Shown here one piece after another: positions 37,001 through 49,000 of a stretch of DNA of 64,000 bases. The notes beneath the pieces were generated by a model. That model was not told where the DNA came from and did not search any database. It saw only the letters and a list, made by a program, of their open reading frames with translations. How positions within the stretch are numbered: position 1 is the stretch's first letter; every line of letters begins with the position of its first letter. The stretch covers positions 45,384,001 through 45,448,000 of the forward strand of contig CM075979.1 in NCBI GenBank assembly GCA_038087875.1. Direction: 5' to 3'. This DNA is from Malacoraja senta. Taxonomy: Eukaryota. Position numbers and translations under genes: made by a program.

Positions 37001-40000
37001 AGTTGGCCAGCCTCGCGCTGGTAAGTCCTGGCTCTGCCTCCGGAGCCTCGAGGTCGGTCGGTCGCAGTTGGAGTTGGAGGCCGCCAGCTCCGCCATTAGG
37101 CCTCGGTGCAGACGGAAGCAGAGAAGGGGGATACGACAAGAAAAAGTCGCATTCCCCCGAAGGAAGAGACAAAAATCATGTTTCACCCCCCCACCCCACA
37201 CATACACATCCCAATAAACTAAAATGTAATTAAAACAGGACAAAAGAAAACAACAAAAAAGTAAAAAACAGACGGACTGCAGGCGAGCCGCTGCTGTTCG
37301 ACAGCGCCACCACTTCCGGAAGGGTTATTCATTCATTGAATTATTTTTGTTTATTATATGTTAACTGTTTACAGGCCTGTTCAAGAGAGTCAAGAGTGTT
37401 TTATTGTCATGTCCCAGACAGAACAATGGAATTCTTACTTGTTGCAGCACAACAGAATATGTAAACATAGTACACTGTAAACAATATCATAAATGAGNNN
37501 NNNNNNNNNNNNNNNNNNNNNNNNNNNNNNNNNNNNNNNNNNNNNNNNNNNNNNNNNNNNNNNNNNNNNNNNNNNNNNNNNNNNNNNNNNNNNNNNNNNN
37601 NNNNNNNNNNNNNNNNNNNNNNNNNNNNNNNNNNNNNNNNNNNNNNNNNAAAGAAACAAACAATACTAGTGCAATAATAACAATAACCGTCTATTGTAGT
37701 TCAGAGCTTATTTGAGGTTCTGCTTCTACAAGAAAGAATCTAATTGTTCTATTGTCGCTACTTATGACAATAAAACATACCTGAATCTTGACGTTACATG
37801 TTAAATCACTTAGTTATTGAATAGAAAAGGCATCACAGTGACACAGCTGATAGAGCTGCTGCCTCACAGCGTGGTGACCCAGGTTCAATCCTGACCTTGG
37901 GTGCTGTCTGTGTGGAGTTTGCACATTCTCCCTGTGACCGCATAAGTTTTCTCCAGGTTCTTCTCTAATTTAATAGATTACTTTTATATTCTAACCAGAT
38001 GTTAAAAACTTTTTTTTTTCATCTGTTGAACTTCATGTTACAAATTTTCTGATAATTTGATTATGCTTTAAAATGATATGAGAAAATTCACTGTGAGGGG
38101 TTTGGCAGGCTAGGACTTTATACCTGACCTCGGGAGTATGGAGTTTGCACATTCACCCTGTGACCACGTAGGTTTCCTCCAGGTGTGGCTGTAAATTACC
38201 CCTAGTGTGGAAACATAGAAACATAGAAAATAGGTGCAGGAGGAGGCCATTCGGCCTTTCAAGCCAGCACTGCCATTCATTGTGATCATGGCTGATCATC
38301 CCCAATCAATAACCCGTGCCTGCCTTCTCCCCATATCCCTTGACTCCACTAGCCCCTAGAGCTCTATCTAACTCTCTCTTAAATCCATCCAGTGACTTGG
38401 CCTCCACTGCCCTCTGTGGCAGGGAATTCCACAAATTCACAACTCTCTGGGTGAAAACGTTTATAGAAAAGTTTATAGTGTGTAGGGAATGGATGTGAAA
38501 GTGGGATAACGTAGAACTAGTGTGGACGGGTGATCGATGGTTGGCGTGGACTCAATGGGCTGAAGGTTTTCATGCTGTATCTCTAAACTAAACTAAATTC
38601 CAAGCTAAATGAGAAACACGTTGAAACAAATGATCATAAAAGACAATAAGTGTATTAATTTTCACTTTTTTTGTTGATCGCTATAAGATGGAAAAGTGTT
38701 TACCTTTACATGTCTTCTTCCAGGTATAAAATACTACGCACACAACACAGAGAAATATGCCAATGCCACAGATGCCTCCAATAATCAGCCCAGATTTTCC
38801 ATGTTCTGTTAAAACAGGCATAGATCTATGAAAACGTGAATAATAAATATACTAGGCCATTTACAACATTCATCAGAGACACTAGAATCTGCAGATGCTG
38901 GAATCTTGAGCTAAACACAAAGTGCTGGAGGAACTCAGTGGGTCAGGCAGCATCTGTGGAGGGAATGAACAGACGATGTTTATGGTCGGGAACATCACCT
39001 CTCCATTCCTTCCACAGATGCTGCCTGACCCATTGAGTTCCTCCAGCACTTTGATTTATGTACAATATTCCACAGAATGTATCACTAACTTATTCTACTT
39101 ATCAGATTGGTTTATTCCCTTATGGAATTGGTGTAGTTCTGGTCACCCCATAACAGGAAGGATGTGGAGGCTTTGGAAAGGGAACAGAAGAGGTTTATCA
39201 GAGTGCCTGCTTGGAGCTGTTATCAGGCAACTGAATCATCCTATCACAACCAGAGAGCAGTGCTGAACTAACTATCTACCTCATTGGAGACCCTCGGACA
39301 ATCTTTGTTCAGACTTTACTGCATTTAATCTTGCACTGAATGTCATTCACATTTTTCCATTTAACATGTATCTGTACACTGTGGATGGCTCGATTGGAAT
39401 CATGTATTGTCTTTCCGCTACATGCTTTTCACTGCACATTGGTACACGTGACAATGAACTAAACTCAAAGGGAAAAGGTCCCCAGCTGTCGGGAGATCTA
39501 AGGTAGAAGCAAATGTAAATCAGGCTCAGATCAGCTTGAAGGTCTACAACCCAACTGTGTGATTGATGTCTGAGCTGATAATAATATCAGCCCTGTGTGT
39601 GAAGATTGTTGTGGAAGGTTTAGTATCACAGGACACGGTGTACAGAGTTGCTGCCTCACAGCGCCAGAGACCCGGGTTCAATGCTGACTATCAGCGCTGT
39701 CTGTACATAGTCTGTACGTTCTCCTCGTGACCTGCGTGGGTTTTTCCCGGGTCTTCTGGTTTCCTCCCACATCCCAAAGACGTACAGGTTTGTAGGTTAA
39801 ATAGCCTCGGTACAAGTTTGTACATTGTCTCCAGTGTAGTATAGTGCTAGTGTATGGGATGATCGCCAGTCGCCACAGACTCAGTCAGTGGGCTCAAGGG
39901 CCTGTTTCTGTGATGTATCTCTAAACTGAACTAAACTAAACATGGGTTCGATCCTGACCTCGGGTACCTATGTGTTTCCTCCCACATCCCCAAAAGGTGC

Positions 40001-43000
40001 GGGTTTGTAGGTTAATTGGCCCTCTGTAAATTGCCCCTAGTGTGTAGGGAGTGGATGCAAAAATGGGATAATGTAGAACTAGTGTGAACAGGTGGAAGTG
40101 GACTCGGTGGGACGAATGGTCTGTTTCCATGCTGTATCTCCAAAGTGAACAGGACATTATATTAAAGATAAGACTACAATGTAATGCAATTAGAACGCAC
40201 CTTCAGGCAGCTCAACTGCCAGTGTAAAGTTTCTATGGAACTTTTTATGCTTCACCTCACATGTATACACAGTGTGCCTTTCCACTGACGGTCCGATTCC
40301 TATCTTAGAGGAAAGACTGAATGTCCCATCTGTGTTCATAACCATATCCTCAATGTACTGAGATTTTGAAATTATTTCCAGTTTGTCTTCTGATAACGTG
40401 AACCAACTGATGGCAATCTCCTTAGGATAAAAATCTGTTGCATTACATGTTGCAAAGTTCTCTGTACCATTTTCAGTTTGAACATCTTCCTTGAATATGC
40501 TGATGTTTGGTTCAACTGTGGAAGACAGAACAGAATAGGTATACAATTAATAATTCAAATAATAATCTACATAGATCTTACTGAGACCTTACCGAGAACC
40601 AGGGAAACACATTCTATACATTCTCGTTCTTTTGTTTGTTGCTCTTATAGTTATACATCATGAAACAGGCCCTTCAGACCTTGTCCATGCTGACCACATA
40701 CCACATCTAAGCTTTGCCTGTGTTTAGCCCACATCTCTTTAAACTTTTTCCCACTCTATCTATGTACCTGTCCAAATGTATTTTAAACGCTGTTATGATA
40801 CAGGTCCAGCATTAATATCTCCAGCACTCTTGGATCCAGAGCCTTACTGGATTATCCATTTTGCCAGACCTACAGAGGTCACGGCCACCGAGGGGCCAAG
40901 ATACCGGCCCGCAAAGTGGGCCTTGGAAGTCGGATATGGGAACGGATCTGCCGGCTCTGGCCGGGCTGGAGTTCCAGAGCCACGGCCATAGGGGGAAAAT
41001 TCGACGCGCTGATCGGCAACGGAAGTCCCGATGAGGTAGAGATCAGCTGCTTCACACTGCCTAGGCTCCACATTTTGGGGGGGATTTCCAGGTGGGATTT
41101 CAAGTGCTCTCCCATAATTTTGTCTGGATTAGTGGGGATGCCAGACAATCAGTTGGCAGAAAATTGATGGTAGACCTATAATTGCCTCAACTACCTCCTC
41201 TGGTAGTTTGATACATACACCCACCACCCTCTGAGTGTAAACATTGTCCCACAGGTTCCTTTTAAATTTTCCCCTTTGACATTAAGCCTATGTCCTCTGG
41301 TTCTTGATTGCCCTATCCTGTGTAAAAGATTCTGTGCATTCACCCTATCTATTCTCCTCATGAATTTATACACCTCTGCAAGTCACACCTCATCCCCCTG
41401 TGCTCCAAGCAATAAACCCAACCTCGCCTTCTCGCTCAGGTCCTCAAGTTAAGTGCATCAGCTTAATTCTATCGAGTGACAATTCAGTGTGAGAGGATGT
41501 GGAGAGTTTACATTGGCACAGTTAAGTGAAAAGGTCCCGACCTGCTAACATTGGAGAAGTCCAACATGTAAAGTTACAATATACATCGATGATTCTATTT
41601 ACAATATACATCAATGATTTGGATGAAGGGATTCAAAGTAATTAGCAAATTTGCAGATGACACAAAGCTGGGTGGCAGTGTGAACTGTGAGGAGGATGCT
41701 ATGAGAATGCAGGGTGACTTGGACAGGTTGGGGGAGTGGGCAGATGCATGGCAGATGAAGTTTAATGCGGATAAATGTGAGGTTATCCACTTTGGTAGCA
41801 AAAACAGGAAGGCAGATTACTATCTAAATGGTGTCAAGTTGGGAAAAGGGGAAGTACAACGGGATCTGGGGGTTCTTGTACATCAGTCTATGAAAGTAAG
41901 CATGTAGGTACAGCAGGCAGTGAAGAAAGCAAATGGCATGTTGGCCTTTATAACAGAGGAATCGAATATCGGAGCAAAGAGGTCCTTCTGCAGTTGTACA
42001 GAGCCCTAGTGAGACCACACCTGGAGTATTGTGTGCAGTTTTGATCCCCTAATTTGAGGAAGGACATTATTGCTATTGAGGGAGTGCAGCATAGGTTTAC
42101 AAGGTTAATTCCCGGGATGGCGGGACTGTCATATGCTGAAAGAATGGAACAGCTGGGCTTGTACACTCTGGAGTTTAGAAGGATGAGAGGGAATCTCATT
42201 GAAATATATAAGATTGTTAAGGTTTTGGACACGCTAGAGGCTGGAAACATGTTCCCGATGTTGGGGGAGTCCAGAACCAGGCGCCACAGTTTAAGAATAA
42301 GGAGTAAGCCATTTAGAACGGAGACGAGGAAACACATTTTCTCACAGAGAGTGGTGAGTCTGTGGCATTCTCTGCCTCAGCGGGCGGTGGAAGCAGGTTC
42401 TCTGGATGCTTTCAAGAGAGAGCTAGATAAGGCTCTTAAAGATAGCTCTTAAAGAGTCAGGGGATATGGGAAGGCATGAACGAATGGCCTACTCCTGCAC
42501 TTATTGTCTATAGTCTATTGACTGTGAGTGATAAGGGTGCGCAGTTTTGACAACTGTAATATTAATAGTTTTGGAATTAGTATTAGAATAATGTCCAATT
42601 ACTGTATCCCTGATTGCATCAGTTTAGAGATAAAGCACGGAAACAGGCCTTCGGCCCACCGAGTCCACGCTGACCATCGATCACCCGTTCACACGAGTTC
42701 AGTGTAATTCCACTTTCTCATCACTCTCTACAAACTAGGGGCAATTTGCAAAAGGCGAATTAACCGACAAACATTTGGATGTTGGAGGAAACCGGAGCAC
42801 CCTGAGGAAACCCACGTGGTCACAGAGAGGAACATGGAAAGTGTGAGCACTGGGTGGCAGTGTGAGCTGCGAGGCTAACTTGGATAGGTTGGGTGAGTGG
42901 GCAGATGCAGTATAATGTGAATAAACGTGAATTATCTACTTTGGTGGCAAGAACAGGAAGGCAGGTTATCATCTGAATGGTGTCAGATTAGGAAAAGGGG

Positions 43001-46000
43001 AAGTGCTACGAGACCTGTGTGTCACTGAAAGTAAGCAGCGAGGTACAGCAGGCAGTGAAGAAAGCCTTCATTGTGAGAGGATTTGAGTATAGGAGCAAGG
43101 AGATCCTACTGCAGTTGTACAGGGCCCCGGTGAGACCACACCTGGCATATTGTGTGCAATTTTGGTCACCTAATTTAAAGAAGGACATTATTGCGATTGA
43201 GGGAGTGCAGCATAGGTTCACCAGGTTAATTCCCAGGATGGTGGAACTGACATATGATGAAAGAATGGGTCGACTGGGCTTGTATTCACTGGAATTTAGA
43301 AGGATGAGAGGATATCTTATAGAAACATATAAGACTCTTAAAGGATTGGACAGACTAGATGCAGGCAAAATGTTCCCGCTTTTGGGGGAGTCTGGAACCA
43401 GGGGTCACAGTTTAAGAATAAGAGGTAGGCCATTTAGGACCGATGAGGAAAAACTTCTTCACCCAGAGAGTTGTGAATCTGTGGAATTCTCTGCTACAGA
43501 AGGTAGTGGAGGCCAATTTACTGGATGTTTTCAAGAGAGAGTTAGATTTAGTTCTTTGGGCTAAAGGAATCAAGGGATATGGGGAAAAAGCAGGGACGGG
43601 GTACTGATCTTAGATGATCAGCCATGATCATATTGAATGGCGGTGCTGGCTCGAAGGGCCAAATGGCCTACACCTGCACCTATTTTTCTATGTTTCTATG
43701 TTTCTATGAAATGCCACACGGAGGTCAGGATCGAACCCGGGTCTCTTGTGCTGTGAGGCAGCAGCTCTACCAGCTGTGCCACTGTGCCACCCGAAGATAA
43801 AAAAGGTATTCTTAGAGGTAAAAAACAATCTTTGTAGAAATGTCACAGAAGAAAAGGTGGCTCGTTCCCCGAGTTGTGAAAGACATTGAAATGAGTGGAT
43901 TGAATGTTGATCGCAAACATAAAGAGGGTGTGTCAGTCAAGAGATTCCTGCCACTCCCTCTGAACGTGGATCAACTTCCTCTTCAACACAAGCACCACAG
44001 AACAATGCAGCACAGGAACAGGCCCTTCTGCCCACAATGTCTGTGCCAACCATGATGCCAAGTTAAACTAATCACCTCAACCTATACATAATCTATATCC
44101 CTCCAATCTCTGCACCACCATATACCTCTCTAAAAGCTTCTTAAACCTACTATTGTTTCTGCCTCCACCACCACCCCATGGCAGCACGTTCCAGGCACTC
44201 AACACCCTGTGTAAAAACTTGCCCCGCACATCTCCTTTAATCTTTACCTCTCACCCTAAAGCTGTGCCCTCTAGTCTTTGACCCCTGGGGTAAAATATGG
44301 TTTATGATTGCCTACTCTGTCAATGCCTCTTATATTTATATATACTTTACACTTTGCCCTCTCACTTTAAACTTATGCCGCCTAGTCTTTGACATTTCCA
44401 CTCTGGGGGAAAAAGGTTCTGACTTTCCGTATACATTTCAAGATCCTCCTCTATGTCTACAAAGCCCTCAATGGGCTTGCCCCCACCTACATTAAAAGTC
44501 TTCTCACCATCACTCCACCTCCAGGCCCCTCAGATCGGCCGACTTGGGGTTGCTGAATATCCCGCGGTCTAGGCATAAGCTCAGGGGTGACCGCGCCTTT
44601 GCGGTTGCAGCTCCTAAACTGTGGAACAGCATCCCCCTTCCCATCAGAACTGCCCCCTCCATCGACTCTTTTAAGTCAAGACTAAAAACTTATCTATACT
44701 CCCAATCATGTCTTGACATCCTCTGAGCGAGGGCTACATGTATATATGTATGTAGTTTGTTTATTTATATTATTCTTATAACAAATGTAAAGCACTTTGG
44801 CCAACGAGAGTTGTTTTTTAAATGTGCTATATAAATAAATGTGACTTGACTTGACTTGACTGTCTATCCTATCTAAGTCTCTCATAATTTTATATAAACT
44901 TGCTGCCTTTCACCTTAAAACGATTGCGATGTCAGTGTGGCGCAGCAGTAGAGTTGCCACGCTACGGCGCCAGAGAGATGGGTTCGATCCTGACTGCGAG
45001 TGCTGACTGTATGGACTTTGTGAACGGGTGATCATTGGTTGGCGCAGACTCAGTGGGCCGAAGGGCCTGTATCCTCGCTGTATCTAAACTAAACTATACT
45101 AAACTAATCTTCACCCTCTAGTCTTTGACGTTTCCTCCCAGGGAACAAAAAGTTCTTATCAATATCTCTCATAATTTTATATACCTCCGTCAGGTCTCTG
45201 CTCTTATAAACCTTGCCCCATCTCACCTTAAAGCTGTATCCTTTAGTCTTTGACAAGAGTGTAGTTCCCACTTAGAGCTGATATTTTAACTGTGATAATA
45301 ACCTCCCAACACAGATCAGCTGTGATATTCTGTCATGTTCACTGGGGAAAGCATTCCAATATGTTGATGGGTTTGTTTGAGCCAGCATGCTGTCTCCCAC
45401 CCATAGTGTGCAGAACAGAGCAGTGGTGCAGTGGTAGAGTTGCTGCCTTATGGTGCCAGGGACCCGCGTTCCATCCTGACTACGGGTGCTGTCTGAATGG
45501 AGTTTGTACCTTCTCCCTGTGACCTGCGTGGTTTTTCTGGGTGGTTTGGTTTCCTCCCGCACTCCAAAGATGTACAGGCTTGCAGGCTAATTGGCTCATA
45601 AAATTGTAAATTGTCCCTAGTGTGTGTAGGATTGTGTTAGTGTGTGGGGAGATTGCTGGTCGGCACGGACTCAGTGGGCCGAAGGATCTGTTTCCACTAT
45701 TTATCTCTAAACTAAACAAAACTAAACAGATGTTCTGACATTTATCAGATTACAAAGCTGATTTGATTTGATGCTGCAATTCCTGGAATTCCCCTCCTCA
45801 GCCAACAGTCAGATAAACAAACACACCCAAACTCACCGCAAATCCTGCAATCGGTTAGTTTCCCGGTCACAGTCGCCGAGTCACACAGCACAGAAAAAGG
45901 CCCTTCAGCCCAACGCATCCATACCAACCAAGATGTCCCATCTACACTAGTCCCACCTGCCCGTGTTTGGCCCATATCCCTGTAAACCCCACCCCCTCCA

Positions 46001-49000
46001 CAGAAGATGCAACACCTGTCCCTATACCTCCTCCCTCGACTCTGTCCAGGAACCCTGACAGTCCTTTCAGGTTAGCAGTGGTTCACTTGCACCTCCTGCA
46101 ACCTCATCTACTGTATCTGTTGTCAAGATGTGGTCTCTTATACATCAGCGATACCAAATGCAGACTGGGCGATCGTTTCTTGGGAAACCTTCGCTCAGCC
46201 CGCCTGGACCTACCTGATTCCCCAGTTGCTTGACACTTTAATTCCCCTTCGCATTCCCACACTGACCTTTCTGTCCTCGGTCTCCTCCATTGTCAGAGTG
46301 AGACTAAACGCAAATTGGAGGAACAGCCTCTCATATTTCGCTTGGGCAGCTTACAGCCCAGTGGTATGAATATTGGTTTCTCTTCAGGCATTTCCTCTCT
46401 CTCTATCCCTCCCCCACCCAAGTGCACTAGCTTTTCATTTTCACCCTACAAATGGTTTCCTTTATCATCATTACTTTTTTTTGCATATCTTTCATTCATT
46501 GTTCTTTATCTCTCCACATCACCATCTATATCTCTCGTTTCCCTTAAACCCAATCATTCTGAGGAAGGGTCTCGACCTGAAACGTCACCCTTTCCTTCTC
46601 TCCAGAGATGCTGCCTGACCCACTGAGTTACTCCAGCTTTTTGTTGTCTATCCATGTATCTGTCCAAATGTATTTTAAATGCTGTTAAAGGTACCTGTTA
46701 CAACTACCTCCTCCGACAGCTTGTTCCATTCACCCACTTTTCCATTTGTGAAAAAGTTGCCCCTCAGGAGAATGTTCAAACTCATAACAGACAGCACCCA
46801 TAGTCAGGATCGAAGGTGGGTCTCTGGGGCTGCAAGGCAGTGATTCTACCACTGTGCCACTGTGCTGACCCATAGTGCTGGAGTAACTCAGCGGGTCAAG
46901 CAGCATCTGTGGAGAACATGGATAGGTGACGTTTCACAGAGTGCTGGAGTAACTCAGCGGGTCAGGCAGCATCTCTGTAGAACACGGATAGTTGACATTT
47001 CAGGTCGGAACACTTCTTCAGAACCTTCTCTTTGGTAGCTTGCAGTCCAACTTTATGAATGGGCGGCACAGGGGCACAGCGGTAGAGTTGCTGCCTTACA
47101 GCAAATGCAGCGCCGGAGACCCGGGTTCGATCCTGACTACGGGTGCTGTCTGTATGGAGTTTGTACGTTCTCCCCGTGACCTGCGTGGGTTTTCTCCGAG
47201 ATCTTCCTCTCACACTCCAAAGACATACAGGTTTGTAGGTTAAATGGCTTGGTAAATGTAAAAATTGTCCCTAGTGGGTGTAGGATAGAGTTAATGTGTG
47301 GGATTACTGGTCAGCACAGACCCGGTGGGCCGAAAGGGCCTGTTTCTGCGCTATAACTCTAAACTAAACTAAACTAAACTAAATATTGCCCTGATCTGAA
47401 ACGTCACTTACCCATGTTCTCCAGAGATGCTGCCTGACTCGCTGAGTTACTCCAGCACTCTGTGAAACGTCATCTATCCATGTTCTCCAGAGATGCTGCC
47501 TGACTCGCTGAGTTACTCCAGCACTCTGTGAAACGTCATCTATCCATGTTCTCCAGAGATGCTGCCTGACTCGCTGAGTTACTCCAGCACTTTGTCTCTT
47601 TTTTTGTAAACCAGCATCTACAGTTTCTTGTGTCTCCAATAATTAATAAGTCTGTGAGAGTTGTGGCAAAATAAAAGCTTGTACAGGTACATGGACAGGA
47701 TTTGGGCCAAACATGGGCAGGTGGGACGGCATAGATGGGGCAAGTTGGGCTGAAGGGTCTGTGACTGTGCTGTATGACTCAAGGTTTAGTTTTATTTTAG
47801 AGATACAGCATGGAAACAGGCCCTTCAGCCAACCAAGTCAATGTTGACCAAATGGACACAACATACTGGGGATTATTTTTTTGTTGCAGAAGCCAATTAA
47901 CCTAGAAACCCGCATTTCTTTGGAAAGTGGGAGGAATCCAGAGCACCCGGAGGAAGCCCACGCGGTCACAAAGGGAACGTGCAAACTCCACACAGAAGGC
48001 ACCCGTGGTCTGGATCAAACCCGGTCTCTGGAACTGTGAGACAGCAACTCTACCACTGCGCCACTGTTACTATGACTCGAGAATAAACAATCTGATAGGA
48101 AACCATGATTTTGTTCTCCCTTACCTGAAACAAGCAACACTGAAGACTTTTCTGCTTTGTATGGAGTGACAAAAATAATGCAGGTATATTTTCCTTCTTC
48201 GTTCCGTTGCACTTTTGGGAGGTAGAGTGAAGCATTTCCTTTCCGTAATGCCTCTTCAGATATCCGTGCACCTTGTCTCATCGCGGCATGTGCCCCGCCA
48301 TAAAATCTGTACACTTCCCTCTGAGACGTTGGCAATTCAAGAAGCCAGTGGACAGCAACGTGTTTGAGGTTTGTCTCCGGTTGGTTGTATGTGCATTTTA
48401 GTAGAATATCTTCATTGACTGAAACCTCCATTGGCGAAGTAAATATCTGCAATTCCAAAGTACCTTCAAAATAATTTAATGTAGTAAAACATAATTAGTT
48501 TAGTTTAGTTAGATTAGTTTAGCTTAGTTTAATTTAGCTTAGTTTAGCTTAGCAACTCCCTTTACACTGGCATCAGCCAATCTTCCCTGTCCCGCCTGCA
48601 ACTGGTCCAAAACGCCGCAGCGAGACTCCTGACGGGCACCCGAAAAAGGGACCACATCACCCCGATCCTGGCCTCTCTCCACTGGCTCCCTGTGCGGTTC
48701 CGTATAAACTTCAAGATCCTCCTCCATGTCTACAAAGCCCTCAATGGGCTTGCCCCCACCTACACAAAAAGTCTTCTCACCCACCACTCCACCTCCAGGC
48801 CCCTCAGATCGGCCGACTTGGGGTTGCTGAATATCCCGCGGTCTAGGCATAAGCTCAGGGGCGACCACACCTTTGCGGTTGCAGCTCCTAGACTGTGGAA
48901 CAGCATCCCCCTTCCCATCAGAACTGCCCCCTCCATCGACTCTTAAGTCAAGACTAAAAACTTATCTATACTCCCAAGCCTTTCCTGACGTCCTCTGAGT

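Noticed and set aside
47398-47591. Regular repeats resembling a CRISPR array
   Set aside because: Units are contiguous with no unique spacers, match Penelope terminal sequence, and the context is eukaryotic with no cas genes
47379-47639. ORF with a 22-aa tandem repeat
   Set aside because: Translation of the 66-bp non-coding repeat
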